Shown here piece after piece: positions 15,397 through 25,284 of a stretch of 64,000 nucleotides of DNA. Both the position numbers and the translations under genes were made by a program. The DNA comes from Novosphingobium sp. (GTDB lineage Bacteria; Pseudomonadota; Alphaproteobacteria; Sphingomonadales; Sphingomonadaceae), in NCBI RefSeq assembly GCF_041905565.1, contig NZ_JAYRKX010000014.1, forward strand, positions 19,041 through 83,040, in the 5' to 3' direction. Positions within the stretch are counted from its first letter, which is position 1; each line of letters begins with the position of its first letter. Below the pieces are notes generated by a model, which searched no databases, was not told the DNA's origin, and saw only the letters and a program-made list of their open reading frames with translations.

Positions 15397-17844
15397 GTGA
15401 GTGACCTGCCGATCCATGCCGTCCTGCCCCAGTTGCTGGCCGCCCTGCACGCGGGCAGCGGTGCCGTGCTGATCGCCTCGCCGGGCGCGGGCAAGACCAC
15501 CTCGGTCGCGCCAGCGTTGCTGGACCAGCCGTGGTGCAGCGGCAGCGTGATCCTGCTCAGCCCGCGCCGGGTCGCGGCGCGCGCGGCGGCGGAACGCATG
15601 GCCGAACTGCTGGGCGAAGCACCGGGCGAAACCATCGGCTACCTGACCCGGCTCGACAGCAAGCGTTCGGCCCGCACCCGCGTGCTGGTGATGACCGAGG
15701 CGATCTTCGTTTCGACCATCACCAGCGATCCGGAACTGGCGGGCGTGTCCGCCGTCCTGTTCGACGAAGCGCACGAACGCCATCTCGATTCCGATCTTGG
15801 CCTCGCGCTCGCGATTGAAAGCCAGCAGGTGCTGCGCCCCGACCTGCGGCTGGTGGTGATGAGCGCGACGATCGACGGTGCGCGCTTTGCCAGCCTGCTC
15901 GGCGATGCCCCGGTGGTTGAAAGCGAAGGCAAGGCCCATCCGCTGGCGATCCGCTGGCTGGGCGCGCGCCCGGACCTCAGGACCGAGGACGCGATGACGA
16001 GCGCGGTGCTGACCGCCTGGCGCGAGGAGAGCGGCGACGTGCTCGCCTTCCTGCCCGGCGTGGGCGAGATCGAACGCGTGCGCGAACGGCTGGCGGAAAA
16101 GCTGCCCCAGGCGCTGCTCCTGCCCTTGCACGGCCAATGCGAACCCGCCGCCCAGCGCGCCGCGATCCGGCGCGATCCGCAAGGGCGGCGGCGGATCGTG
16201 CTGGCCACGGCGATTGCCGAAACCTCGCTCACCCTGGATGGCGTGTCGGTGGTGGTCGATGCCGGGCTGTCGCGCGGGGCCGAGTTCGACAAGGCCGCCG
16301 GTGTAACCCGGCTGGTCACCCACCGCGCCAGCCAGGCCGCCGCCGCGCAGCGCGCTGGCCGGGCCGCGCGGCAGGGGCCGGGCGTGGCCTACCGCTTGTG
16401 GGAAGAAGCCGCGCATCCGGGCCGCGCGCCATTCGATCCGCCGGAAATCCTGACGTCTGATCTTGCCCCGCTTCTGCTGACCCTGGCCGGCTGGGGCGCG
16501 GGCGATCCCGCTGCCCTGCCGTGGCTCGATCAGCCGCCACCTGCAGCATTGGCTGCAGCAAAGGCGCTGCTGCAATCGCTCGGCGCGCTCGACCAGGCGG
16601 GGCGGATCACGCAGCACGGGCGGGCGATGGCCAGCCTGCCGATGGAGCCGCGCCAGGCGCATATGCTGCTTTATGCTGCGCAGCATGGGGCCGAGCGCGA
16701 TGCGGCGCGGCTGGCGCTGCTGCTCCAGGAACGCGGGCTTGGCGGGCGGGGTGAAGACCTGGCCGCGCGGCTCGACCGCTGGAATGCTGACCGTTCGGCG
16801 CGCGCCGATGCCTCGCGCAAATTGGCCGAGCGTTGGGCCAAGGCGGCGCGCGGGCTGGTCCAGGGGGCAGGGGGCGAGGCGCCGCCGCTGGGCGTGCTGC
16901 TGGCCGAAGGATTTCCCGACAACCTGGCCCGCCGCCGCTCTGCCACGGGCGAGGAATGGCTGGCTGCTGGCGGGCGGGGGCTGCGGCTCGATCCTGCATC
17001 CTCCCTGGCGCGCGCGCAGTGGCTGGCAGTCGGTGAAGCGCAGGGCGAGGCCAGGGGCGCACGGATCACCGGGGCGATCGCGCTCGACGAAGCCGAAGTC
17101 ACCCGCTGGCTCGCCCACCGGATCGAGCGCCGCAGCACGTTGCGCTGGGTGGCGGACGAACACCGGGTTGAAGCCTTGCTGGAAAGCCGGCTGGGCGCGG
17201 TCACCCTGGCGCGCGGCCCCGATCCCTCGCCCGATCCCGATGCGCTGCGCCTGTTCCTGTGCGAACGCGTCCGCACCGAGGGGCTGGACCTGCTGCCGCT
17301 GTCCGGCGCCAGCCGCAGCCTGCTGCGCCGCGCCCGCTTTGCCGGGGTGGAGGTGCTGTTCGAAGAGAGCCTGCTCGCCGATCTCGAACAGTGGCTCGCT
17401 CCGCTGCTGGATCGGCGGCTGGATGCCGCGGCGCCCGGCAAGCTGCACGAGGCGCTGCGCGCGCGGCTGGACTATGCCGGGCAGCAGCAGCTTGAACGGC
17501 TGGCCCCGGGGCAGTTCACCAGCCCGGCGGGCAGCAGCCACGCCATTGACTATGACGATCCCGGCGGGCCTTCGGTGGAAGTGCGGGTCCAGGCGCTGTT
17601 CGGGCTCGACCGCCACCCCATGTTCGGCCAGCCGCCGCAGCCGCTGCTGCTCAAGCTGACCTCGCCGGGCGGCAAGCCGGTGCAGACCACCCGCGACCTG
17701 CCGGGTTTCTGGCGCGGATCGTGGAAGGACGTGCAGCGCGACATGAAGGGGCGCTATCCCAAGCACCGCTGGCCCGATGCGCCGTGGCAGGAGGACCCCA
17801 GCCTCAAGACAAAGAATGCGTTCGAAGCATCCCGTCGCTCTTGA
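15397..17844 (+). CDS. hrpB: ATP-dependent RNA helicase HrpB
   Basis: 815 aa with a GTG start. P-loop 'SPGAGKTT', DEAH box 'VLFDEAHERH', and the long HrpB-type C-terminal domain. Confidence 0.92.
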   Translation: MSDLPIHAVLPQLLAALHAGSGAVLIASPGAGKTTSVAPALLDQPWCSGSVILLSPRRVAARAAAERMAELLGEAPGETIGYLTRLDSKRSARTRVLVMTEAIFVSTITSDPELAGVSAVLFDEAHERHLDSDLGLALAIESQQVLRPDLRLVVMSATIDGARFASLLGDAPVVESEGKAHPLAIRWLGARPDLRTEDAMTSAVLTAWREESGDVLAFLPGVGEIERVRERLAEKLPQALLLPLHGQCEPAAQRAAIRRDPQGRRRIVLATAIAETSLTLDGVSVVVDAGLSRGAEFDKAAGVTRLVTHRASQAAAAQRAGRAARQGPGVAYRLWEEAAHPGRAPFDPPEILTSDLAPLLLTLAGWGAGDPAALPWLDQPPPAALAAAKALLQSLGALDQAGRITQHGRAMASLPMEPRQAHMLLYAAQHGAERDAARLALLLQERGLGGRGEDLAARLDRWNADRSARADASRKLAERWAKAARGLVQGAGGEAPPLGVLLAEGFPDNLARRRSATGEEWLAAGGRGLRLDPASSLARAQWLAVGEAQGEARGARITGAIALDEAEVTRWLAHRIERRSTLRWVADEHRVEALLESRLGAVTLARGPDPSPDPDALRLFLCERVRTEGLDLLPLSGASRSLLRRARFAGVEVLFEESLLADLEQWLAPLLDRRLDAAAPGKLHEALRARLDYAGQQQLERLAPGQFTSPAGSSHAIDYDDPGGPSVEVRVQALFGLDRHPMFGQPPQPLLLKLTSPGGKPVQTTRDLPGFWRGSWKDVQRDMKGRYPKHRWPDAPWQEDPSLKTKNAFEASRRS

Positions 17845-17875
17845 TTTCCGGCGCGATTCGGCAGAAAGCGCCGCC

Positions 17876-18154
17876 ATGCCCGCACGTATCTATCAGCGCC
17901 CGAAGAACGCCATGCAGTCCGGCAAGGCTCTGCTTGGCCAGTGGATCCTCGAATTCGCGCCGGCGGAGGCGCGCAAGGCCGACCCGCTGATGGGTTGGAC
18001 CGGATCGGGTGACACGCAAAGCCAGGTGGTGCTGAAGTTCGATTCCGCCGACGCGGCCAAGGCCTATGCCGAAAAGTACGGCATCCCGGCCGAAATGCAC
18101 GCCACTCCGCCGCGCCGTCTCAAGCTGCAAAGCTACGCCGACAACTTTCGCTGA
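17876..18154 (+). CDS. ETC complex I subunit conserved region protein (NDUFS4-like)
   Basis: 92 aa starting 'MPARIYQRPKNAMQSG'. 'DPLMGWTGSGDT' and the C-terminal 'YADNF' are typical of the alphaproteobacterial NDUFS4 homologue. Confidence 0.85.
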   Translation: MPARIYQRPKNAMQSGKALLGQWILEFAPAEARKADPLMGWTGSGDTQSQVVLKFDSADAAKAYAEKYGIPAEMHATPPRRLKLQSYADNFR

Positions 18155-18371
18155 GCGAACCGCCGCGCCTGCTGCCTGACCTGTAGGGAGGGGTTGAGGC
18201 GGGCGCGTCGATTGCCTGGGTCGCGCTGTGAAGCAACCGGCGACGCCCGCCTCGCCCATCCCAGGGGAGGGAAGGGCTGGATGAACCGCCAGAACGGCGA
18301 GTCGAGACAATGATTAACCCGATTCGCCTCGAACGGACTTGCGCAAACGCGACATGCCCGCCATATGCCCG

Positions 18372-18465
18372 CCCGGGAGTCGGTCGGACGCTTGCGTCCG
18401 CCAACCTGGTCAGGTCCGGAAGGAAGCAGCCACAACGGGTTGCGGCGGGTCGGCCGGCTCCTTTT
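18372..18465 (+). ncRNA. ffs: Signal recognition particle RNA (4.5S type)
   Basis: Contains the invariant SRP domain IV sequence CCTGGTCAGGTCCGGAAGGAAGCAGCCA (18405..18432). The 5' GGGAGTCGGTCGG pairs with the 3' CGGCCGGCTCC to form the long hairpin, followed by TTTT. It has the classic position immediately upstream of dnaX. Confidence 0.85.
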
Positions 18466-18506
18466 CCCCATTCGACAAGCGCGCGCTGAAACCCTACCTA
18501 GGGACC

Positions 18507-20324
18507 ATGGACGATTCCCCCGACATCTTCGGTGCAGAGCCGGAAGACGAGGCCCCTTCGGCTGCCGAGCTTGAGGCGGCGGGCCAGTCTTCGATGTTCG
18601 GTGGTCCGGCCCCCGCAACACCGCCGGTGGCTTCGGCCGCGCCTGCGCAGCAGCCGGTGGTCGCCGCTGCTCCGGCGCAGCCTTACCGCGTGCTGGCGCG
18701 CAAGTACCGTTCTCAGACCTTTGCCGAGTTGATCGGGCAGGACGCGATGGTCCAGACCCTGGCCAACGCGATCAAGCGTGACCGGCTGGCCCATGCCTTC
18801 CTGATGACCGGCATTCGCGGGGTCGGCAAGACCAGCACCGCGCGGCTGATCGCCAAGGCGCTGAACTGCATCGGCCCGGACGGGCAGGGCGGGCCGACGA
18901 TCGATCCGTGCGGTCAGTGCGAACCCTGCGTGGCGATTGCCGAAGGCCGGCATATCGACGTGATCGAGATGGACGCCGCCAGCCATACCGGCGTCGACGA
19001 CGTGCGCGAGATCATCGAGGCGGTGCGCTATGCGGCCGTTTCCGCGCGTTACAAGATCTACATTATCGACGAAGTCCACATGCTGTCGCGCAACGCGTTC
19101 AACGCGCTGCTCAAGACGCTGGAGGAACCGCCGCCGCACGTGAAGTTCCTGTTCGCCACGACCGAGGTGGACAAGCTGCCGGTCACGGTCCTGTCGCGCT
19201 GCCAGCGCTTCGACCTGCGGCGCATTCCGGCGGAGCTGCTGGCGCAGCATTTCGCCGCGATCTGCGACAAGGAAGGCGTCACCGCCGATGCGGAAGCGCT
19301 GGCGATGATCGCGGCCGCCGCCGAAGGTTCGGTGCGCGACGGATTGTCGATCCTCGACCAGGCGATTGCCCATGCGGACCTGGGCGGCGATGGCCGGGTT
19401 TCTGCCGCGCAGGTGCGCGAGATGCTGGGCCTGGCCGACAAGTCGGTCCAGCGCCGCCTTTACGCCGCGCTGCTGGCCGGGGACGGGGCGCAGCTGCTCG
19501 ACCTGATCGACCAGCAATTCGCGCTGGGCGTGGAACCGCTGGCGCTGCTGCGCGGGGCCATGGACCTGACCCACCGCGTCACCGTTGCCCAACTTGGCAA
19601 GGGCGATGACAGCGCCATCGCGCCCGAGGAAAAGGCCGCGATCGAGGAGTGGGCCGGGGCGCTGACCCCAGGCCAGCTGCACCGCCTGTGGCAATTGCTG
19701 CTGAAAGGCCATGACGAGGTGCGCACCGCGCCCGATCCGCTGGTCGCGGCGAAAATGGCGCTGCTGCGCGTGCTGCATGCCGCCGACATGCCCGATCCGG
19801 GCGCGCTGGTGAAAAAGCTGGAAGACCTGGCTGCCCAGGGCGGCGCGACCTTTGCCGCGCCAGCGGGCGCACCGCCTGCCGGGCAAGGTGCGCCTGCCGC
19901 CGCCGCGCCGCCGCCGGCGCTCGCCGGGCAGGACTGGAAGGCGCTGGTCGAACGGGTTGACCAGTCCGGCCAGCTGCGCGTTGCCCAGGTCATGCATGAC
20001 TGGGTGCGGGTGATCGACCTGAAGCCCGGCGAGCTGCTTTACACGCTGGCGCCGGGCTTTTCCGGCGATGTCGGCGCAGACCTGCGCGATGCGCTGCTGC
20101 GCGCGACGGGCGAACGCTGGCAGGTGACGCGGGGCGAAGGCGATGCCCGCCCGACCTTGCGCGAACTGGCCGAGCAGGCCCGCGAGGCCGACCGCGAGGC
20201 ACTGCTGCGCTCGCCGCTGGTCGAAGCTACCATGGCCGCCTTTCCGGGGGCCGAAATCGTTGATGAAAAAGCCGAAGCCCGCGTTGTCGGGCAACAAGGC
20301 CAGAACTGGAGAAACCGCGCGTGA
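18507..20324 (+). CDS. dnaX: DNA polymerase III subunit gamma/tau
   Basis: Start at 'MDDSPDIF'; the track ORF start at 18339 would read through ffs. P-loop 'GIRGVGKTSTARL', zinc module 'CGQCEPCVAI', 'IIDEVHMLS'. Confidence 0.93.
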   Translation: MDDSPDIFGAEPEDEAPSAAELEAAGQSSMFGGPAPATPPVASAAPAQQPVVAAAPAQPYRVLARKYRSQTFAELIGQDAMVQTLANAIKRDRLAHAFLMTGIRGVGKTSTARLIAKALNCIGPDGQGGPTIDPCGQCEPCVAIAEGRHIDVIEMDAASHTGVDDVREIIEAVRYAAVSARYKIYIIDEVHMLSRNAFNALLKTLEEPPPHVKFLFATTEVDKLPVTVLSRCQRFDLRRIPAELLAQHFAAICDKEGVTADAEALAMIAAAAEGSVRDGLSILDQAIAHADLGGDGRVSAAQVREMLGLADKSVQRRLYAALLAGDGAQLLDLIDQQFALGVEPLALLRGAMDLTHRVTVAQLGKGDDSAIAPEEKAAIEEWAGALTPGQLHRLWQLLLKGHDEVRTAPDPLVAAKMALLRVLHAADMPDPGALVKKLEDLAAQGGATFAAPAGAPPAGQGAPAAAAPPPALAGQDWKALVERVDQSGQLRVAQVMHDWVRVIDLKPGELLYTLAPGFSGDVGADLRDALLRATGERWQVTRGEGDARPTLRELAEQAREADREALLRSPLVEATMAAFPGAEIVDEKAEARVVGQQGQNWRNRA

Positions 20325-20659
20325 AGTCGATGGAAGAGATGATCAAGGCCGCCCAGGCTGCCGCCGAGACCATCCAGAAGCAGATGACCGAAAGCCAGTC
20401 GAAGCTCGACGGGATCGAGGTCGAGGGCAAGGCGGGTGGCGGCCTGGTGACCATTCGCGCTTCGGCCAAGGGGCGGATCATCGGCGTGGCGATCGACGAC
20501 AGCCTGCTGGTTCCGGCTGACAAGGGCATCCTCGAAGACCTGGTCGCCGCTGCCTTCAACGATGCCCGCGCCAAGGCGGACGAAGTGGCCGGGCAGGAAA
20601 TGGCCCGTATGCAACAGGGCATGGGCCTGCCGCCGGGCTTCAAGCTGCCGGGCATGTAA
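20321..20659 (+). CDS. ybaB: YbaB/EbfC family nucleoid-associated protein
   Basis: 112 aa. The GTG start overlaps the dnaX stop. 'GKAGGGLVTIRASAKGRIIGVAIDDSLL...LEDLVAAAFNDA' is the family signature. Confidence 0.9.
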   Translation: MKSMEEMIKAAQAAAETIQKQMTESQSKLDGIEVEGKAGGGLVTIRASAKGRIIGVAIDDSLLVPADKGILEDLVAAAFNDARAKADEVAGQEMARMQQGMGLPPGFKLPGM

Positions 20660-20710
20660 GCCGGAGCGGGGGGAACCGGGCCATCTGGCCCGGTCCGCCC
20701 AGCTGTGTTT

Positions 20711-22030
20711 CTACCGGGCTCGCTCGATCACGACGCCGCCCTTGATCACCCCGTCGACGCTTTCCAGCTCGCGCACATTGGCCAGCGGATCTCCGTCCAC
20801 CGCGACCAGATCGGCATAGCGCCCCACCGCGATCTGCCCGACATCGCTTTCCTTGCCCAGTGCCTGCGCCGCGTTCAGCGTCGCGGCGCGGATCGCGTCG
20901 AGCGGGGTCATGCCATAGGTCACCATGGTGTTGAACTGCCGGCCGACCAGGCCGTGCGGCATCACCCCGGCATCGCTGCCGAATACCATCCGCACCCCGG
21001 CCTTGTGGGCCTTGCGGAAGTTGTCGCGCTGGAGCTGGCCGATTTCCCGGTCCTTGCGCAGGTTGTCTTCCAGCACGCCGTTCTTCTTGCCTTCGGCCTG
21101 GGTGTAATCGGTGTTGTAGATGTCCATCGCGAACCACACCGGACGGGCGCGGGCCGCGGCCAGCTTGATCCCTTCATCGTCGACCAGGCTGGCGTGTTCG
21201 ATCGTGTCGATGCCCGAACGGATCGCTGTCTTGATCCCCGCCGCGCCGTGGGCATGGGCCGCCACGCGCAGCCCCCACATGTGCGCTTCATCGGCAATCG
21301 CGGTCAGTTCCGCCTCGGTCAGCTGCTGCTGGCCCGGCTCGGTATTGTGCGAGAATACGCCGCCGGTGGCGCAGACCTTGATTACGCTCGCGCCGTACTT
21401 GCGCTGGCGGCGCACCTGGTGGCGCAGCTCGTCGGGCGTATCGCCCACGCCTTCGGCCTTGCCCGGCTTTTCCATGCTGGGCGGCAGGCCGGTGGTGTCG
21501 CAGTGCCCGCCGGTGCTGCCCAGCGCATAGCCCGCGCCGACGATGCGCGGGCCGATCACATAGCCCTGATCGATCGCCTGCATCAGGCCGATGTCGTTGC
21601 GGTTGGCCGAACCGACGTTTCGCACCGTGGTAAAGCCCGCGTCCAGCATCGCCCGGCCGTTGCTGACGGCGGTCATCGCAAAGAAGCTGTCGGTGTATTC
21701 AAGGCCGCGCCAGCCGCCGATGTCGGCCGGGCTGTCGAGGTGCACGTGCATGTCGATCAGTCCCGGCACCAGGGTCCTGGCGCCCATGTCGGTGTGGCGC
21801 ACACCGGCTCCCCACCGCACCGTGCGGGCATCGGCAATCGCGCTGATCCGCCCGTCCGCGCCGACGAAGATCGCCGGATGCTCGACATATTTGCCGCTTG
21901 TCACATCAAGATAGCGCGCCGCGGTGATCACCGTCTGGGGTGCGGGGCCCGCTGCATCGGCCCAGGCAGGGTGGGCGGCGGCAGTGCAGGCCAGCAGGCT
22001 GGCAAGCGCGGCGATCTTGTACTTGTGCAT
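20711..22030 (-). CDS. Secreted amidohydrolase family protein (metal-dependent hydrolase)
   Basis: Start at 'MHKYKIAALASLLACTAAAHPAWA' (signal peptide); the track ORF is 59 codons longer. 'GLIDMHVHL' HxH metal site. Confidence 0.85.
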   Translation of the reverse strand: MHKYKIAALASLLACTAAAHPAWADAAGPAPQTVITAARYLDVTSGKYVEHPAIFVGADGRISAIADARTVRWGAGVRHTDMGARTLVPGLIDMHVHLDSPADIGGWRGLEYTDSFFAMTAVSNGRAMLDAGFTTVRNVGSANRNDIGLMQAIDQGYVIGPRIVGAGYALGSTGGHCDTTGLPPSMEKPGKAEGVGDTPDELRHQVRRQRKYGASVIKVCATGGVFSHNTEPGQQQLTEAELTAIADEAHMWGLRVAAHAHGAAGIKTAIRSGIDTIEHASLVDDEGIKLAAARARPVWFAMDIYNTDYTQAEGKKNGVLEDNLRKDREIGQLQRDNFRKAHKAGVRMVFGSDAGVMPHGLVGRQFNTMVTYGMTPLDAIRAATLNAAQALGKESDVGQIAVGRYADLVAVDGDPLANVRELESVDGVIKGGVVIERAR

Positions 22031-22150
22031 CTGGTCGAATCCCCTGGATCGGCAAAGCGCCATGGTGCGGAGCCAAGGCCCGCTTGGCAATGTCTGGCGC
22101 ATGATCGGCCACCGCAGGCTTCCCATCCACAGCCCTGCGGTATGCCCCCA

Positions 22151-22178
22151 TTGCACCGGACCGGGGGCAACCCCATAT
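22151..22178 (+). promoter_or_regulatory. Putative sigma32 (RpoH) heat-shock promoter of lon
   Basis: TTGCAC (22151..22156), 14 nt, CCCCATAT (22171..22178), compared with the remembered consensus CTTGAA-N13-15-CCCCATnT. It lies about 70 nt upstream of the lon ATG. Confidence 0.5.
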
Positions 22179-22245
22179 CCCGGAACAAGGGCGGGATTCA
22201 CCCGCATCGGCCTATGTCTTGCAGGCCGGAATGGACGGATTTGAA

Positions 22246-24669
22246 ATGACGACTTTGCTACCCCTGCTGCCGCTTCGCGACATTGTCGTGTTCCCCGGCA
22301 TGGTTGTTCCCCTGTTCGTCGGCCGCGAAAAGTCGGTCGCCGCGCTCGAAGCCGCGATGGCCAGCGACAAGGGCGAGGGCGACAAGGACATCTTCCTGCT
22401 CGCCCAGCTCGATCCGGGCTGCGACGATCCCGAGCGCGACGACCTCTACGATATTGGCGTTGTCGCCACCGTGCTCCAGCTGCTCAAGCTGCCCGATGGC
22501 ACCGTGCGCGTGCTGGTCGAGGCGAAGCAGCGCGGCCAGCTGGGCGCGCTGCGGCTGGAACAGGCCAGCACCGGCGAAATGATGGTGGCGCAGGTCGAAC
22601 GGCTCGATCCGGTCACCGTGTCGGGCACCGAAGTGTCTGCGATGATGCGCAGCGTGGTCGATACTTTCGCCGAATATGCCAAGCTCAACAAGAAGCTGCC
22701 GCAGGACGCCGGCGAGAACCTGGGCGAGATCGTCGATGCCGCCGTGCTGGCTGACAACGTGGCCGCGCACATCCAGGCCAAGGTGTCCGACAAGCAGGCG
22801 ATGCTGAGCGAGGCCGACCCGCTCAAGCGGCTGGAAATGGCCCATTCCTTCATGGAAGGCGAGCTGGGCGTGCTGCAGGTGGAGCGCAAGATCCGTGGCC
22901 GCGTGAAGCGCCAGATGGAAAAGACCCAGCGCGAATACTACCTCAACGAACAGCTCAAGGCGATCCAGAGCGAACTGGGCGGCGACGGCGATGAAGCCAA
23001 CGAGCTGCAGGAACTGCAGGACAAGATCGACAAGCTGAAGCTGTCGAAGGAAGCCCGCACCAAGGCCAATGCCGAGCTCAAGAAGCTCAAGACCATGCAG
23101 CCGATGAGCGCGGAAGCCACCGTGATCCGCAACTACCTCGACGTGCTGCTGGGCCTGCCATGGGGCAAGAAGAGCAAGCTCAAGAAGGACATTCACGCGG
23201 CGCAGGCGGTGCTGGATGCGGACCACTATGCGCTCGACAAGGTCAAGGACCGGATCGTCGAATACCTCGCGGTCCAGGCCCGCACCAACAAGCTGAAGGG
23301 GCCGATCCTGTGCCTCGTCGGCCCGCCGGGCGTGGGCAAGACCTCGCTCGGCAAGTCGATCGCCAAGGCGACCGGGCGCCAGTTCATCCGCCAGTCGCTG
23401 GGCGGGGTGCGCGACGAAGCGGAAATCCGCGGGCATCGCCGCACCTACATCGGCTCGCTGCCGGGCAAGATCGTGTCGAACCTGAAGAAGGCCGGGACCA
23501 GCAATCCGCTGTTCCTGCTCGATGAGATCGACAAGCTGGGCCAGGACTTCCGCGGCGATCCGGCCTCGGCGCTGCTTGAAGTGCTGGATCCCGAACAGAA
23601 CAGCAAGTTCCAGGACCACTATCTGGAGCTGGACTACGACCTGTCCGACGTGATGTTCGTCTGCACGGCCAACAGCCTCAACCTGCCGCAGCCGCTGCTC
23701 GACCGGATGGAGATCATCCGGCTCGAAGGCTATACCGAGGACGAGAAGGTCGAGATTGCCGAACGCCACCTGATCGCCAAGCAAGTCGAGGCGCACGGGC
23801 TGAAGGCCGGGGAATTCACCCTGACCAGCGAGGGCCTGCGCGATCTGATCCGCTATTATACCCGCGAAGCCGGGGTCCGCACGCTGGAGCGCGAAATCGC
23901 GCGGCTGGTGCGCAAGAGCCTGCGCCAGATCCTGGAAGGCAAGACCAAGACCGTCACCATCACGCCCGAGAACCTGGGCGAGTTTGCCGGGGTGCAGAAA
24001 TTCCGCCACGGCGTGTCGGAAGAGGAGCACCAGGTCGGCGCGGTCACGGGCCTCGCCTGGACATCGGTTGGCGGCGAACTGCTGACCATCGAAAGCGTCA
24101 CCGTGCCGGGCAAGGGCGGGATCAAGACCACCGGCAAGCTGGGCGAAGTGATGAATGAGAGCGTCCAGGCGGCGTTCAGCTTCGTCCGCGCCCGTTCGCC
24201 GGCCTATGGGATCAAGCCCAGCCTGATTTCGCGCAAGGACATCCACATTCACTTGCCCGAAGGGGCGGTGCCCAAGGATGGCCCCAGCGCCGGGATCGGC
24301 ATGGTCACCTCGATCGTTTCGTGCCTCACGGGCATCGCGGTGCGCAAGGACGTGGCGATGACCGGCGAGGTCACGCTGCGCGGACGGGTGCTGGCGATCG
24401 GCGGGCTCAAGGAAAAGCTGCTTGCCGCGCTGCGCGGGGGCATCAAGACCGTCCTGATCCCCGAGGAGAATCGCAAGGACCTGGCCGAAATCCCCGCCAA
24501 CATCCGCGAGGGGCTGGAAATCATCCCGGTTTCCCATGTCGACGAGGTGCTCGAACGGGCGTTGGTGACCATGCCCGAGCCGATCGAATGGACCGAGGCG
24601 GACGATCTGGCCAGCCAGCCCGGCGCGGGCGCTGCGGCGGGCGGCGGGGCATCCCCCACGGCGCACTGA
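22246..24669 (+). CDS. lon: ATP-dependent protease Lon
   Basis: Start '[30 protein letters not shown]'. Walker A '[13 protein letters not shown]'. Catalytic serine motif '[11 protein letters not shown]'. Confidence 0.96.
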   Translation: MTTLLPLLPLRDIVVFPGMVVPLFVGREKSVAALEAAMASDKGEGDKDIFLLAQLDPGCDDPERDDLYDIGVVATVLQLLKLPDGTVRVLVEAKQRGQLGALRLEQASTGEMMVAQVERLDPVTVSGTEVSAMMRSVVDTFAEYAKLNKKLPQDAGENLGEIVDAAVLADNVAAHIQAKVSDKQAMLSEADPLKRLEMAHSFMEGELGVLQVERKIRGRVKRQMEKTQREYYLNEQLKAIQSELGGDGDEANELQELQDKIDKLKLSKEARTKANAELKKLKTMQPMSAEATVIRNYLDVLLGLPWGKKSKLKKDIHAAQAVLDADHYALDKVKDRIVEYLAVQARTNKLKGPILCLVGPPGVGKTSLGKSIAKATGRQFIRQSLGGVRDEAEIRGHRRTYIGSLPGKIVSNLKKAGTSNPLFLLDEIDKLGQDFRGDPASALLEVLDPEQNSKFQDHYLELDYDLSDVMFVCTANSLNLPQPLLDRMEIIRLEGYTEDEKVEIAERHLIAKQVEAHGLKAGEFTLTSEGLRDLIRYYTREAGVRTLEREIARLVRKSLRQILEGKTKTVTITPENLGEFAGVQKFRHGVSEEEHQVGAVTGLAWTSVGGELLTIESVTVPGKGGIKTTGKLGEVMNESVQAAFSFVRARSPAYGIKPSLISRKDIHIHLPEGAVPKDGPSAGIGMVTSIVSCLTGIAVRKDVAMTGEVTLRGRVLAIGGLKEKLLAALRGGIKTVLIPEENRKDLAEIPANIREGLEIIPVSHVDEVLERALVTMPEPIEWTEADDLASQPGAGAAAGGGASPTAH

Positions 24670-24676
24670 TTCTTGC

Positions 24677-24721
24677 TGCAACGCAGCGATTTAGGGGTGA
24701 TTCCCGAGTCGCTGCGCTGCA
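24677..24721 (+). terminator. Imperfect 13-bp inverted repeat just after the lon stop (possible terminator or processing hairpin)
   Basis: TGCAACGCAGCGA, 19-nt loop, TCGCTGCGCTGCA with one mismatch. No U-tract follows, so its function is uncertain. Confidence 0.3.
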
Positions 24722-24811
24722 TCATTGCCCGCCCCGGGCACGGCAAGCGTCAACCCGCCCGAATTTGGCGTCGAAAAGTGGATAATCGCGGGATTTTTCG
24801 CTGGATTGGCT

Positions 24812-24840
24812 TTGACAGTGCGCCGAAAAATCGCTCAATT
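24812..24840 (+). promoter_or_regulatory. Putative sigma70 promoter of hupB
   Basis: TTGACA (24812..24817), 17 nt, TCAATT (24835..24840), located 64 nt upstream of the HU start codon. Confidence 0.35.
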
Positions 24841-24904
24841 CCGCCATCTCTTGAGGCGATTCAAAAGATACAACCCAAGTTTCGAAAGGTAGGGGGATTC
24901 CCGC

Positions 24905-25177
24905 ATGAACAAGAACGAACTGATTAGCGCCGTTGCGGATTCGAGCGGCCTGACCAAGAGCGACGCCACCAAGGCTGTCGAAGGCGTGTTCGATGCCATC
25001 ACCGGCGCTCTGAAGAGCGGCGACGAAGTGCGTCTCGTTGGCTTCGGCACCTTCTCGGTGGCCAAGCGCAAGGCGTCGACCGGCCGCAACCCGCGCACCG
25101 GCGAACCGATGAAGATCAAGGCTTCGGCCCAGCCGAAGTTCAAGGCCGGCAAGGGCCTGAAGGACGCCGTCAACTAA
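24905..25177 (+). CDS. hupB: DNA-binding protein HU
   Basis: 90 aa. 'MNKNELISAVA...FGTFSVAKRKASTGRNPRTGEPMKI' is a canonical HU sequence. Confidence 0.95.
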   Translation: MNKNELISAVADSSGLTKSDATKAVEGVFDAITGALKSGDEVRLVGFGTFSVAKRKASTGRNPRTGEPMKIKASAQPKFKAGKGLKDAVN

Positions 25178-25228
25178 GACGCGCCTCTGACGCAGGCCGC
25201 ATCGCCTCGCGGTCTGACCGAATTCCTC

Positions 25229-25275
25229 GCGCCGCGCTTGTCCCAGGACAGGCGCGGCGCTTGGCTTTTGGGTTT
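25229..25275 (+). terminator. Rho-independent terminator of hupB
   Basis: GC-rich 14-bp stem GCGCCGCGCTTGTC / GACAGGCGCGGCGC with one G-U pair and loop CCAG, followed by TTGGCTTTTGGGTTT. Confidence 0.65.
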
Positions 25276-25284
25276 GGAGGTGGT

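Noticed and set aside
15199-17877. 892-aa ORF antisense to hrpB and sciP
   Set aside because: It mirrors the hrpB reading frame, is extremely Arg/Ala/Gly/Pro-rich and has no motifs. hrpB on the + strand has clear helicase motifs.
19811-19817. G AAA AAG in dnaX as a possible -1 programmed frameshift site for a gamma subunit
   Set aside because: It is not a true X XXY YYZ heptamer, because the first base is G. No downstream stem-loop is obvious, and the -1 frame stays open for about 55 more codons instead of terminating promptly as in E. coli. In alphaproteobacteria the short form is, as far as I recall, made proteolytically.
24673-24927. 84-aa ORF in the lon-hupB spacer
   Set aside because: It runs into the hupB start in another frame, has poor coding bias and no RBS. 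The region is better explained as the lon 3' hairpin plus the hupB promoter and leader.
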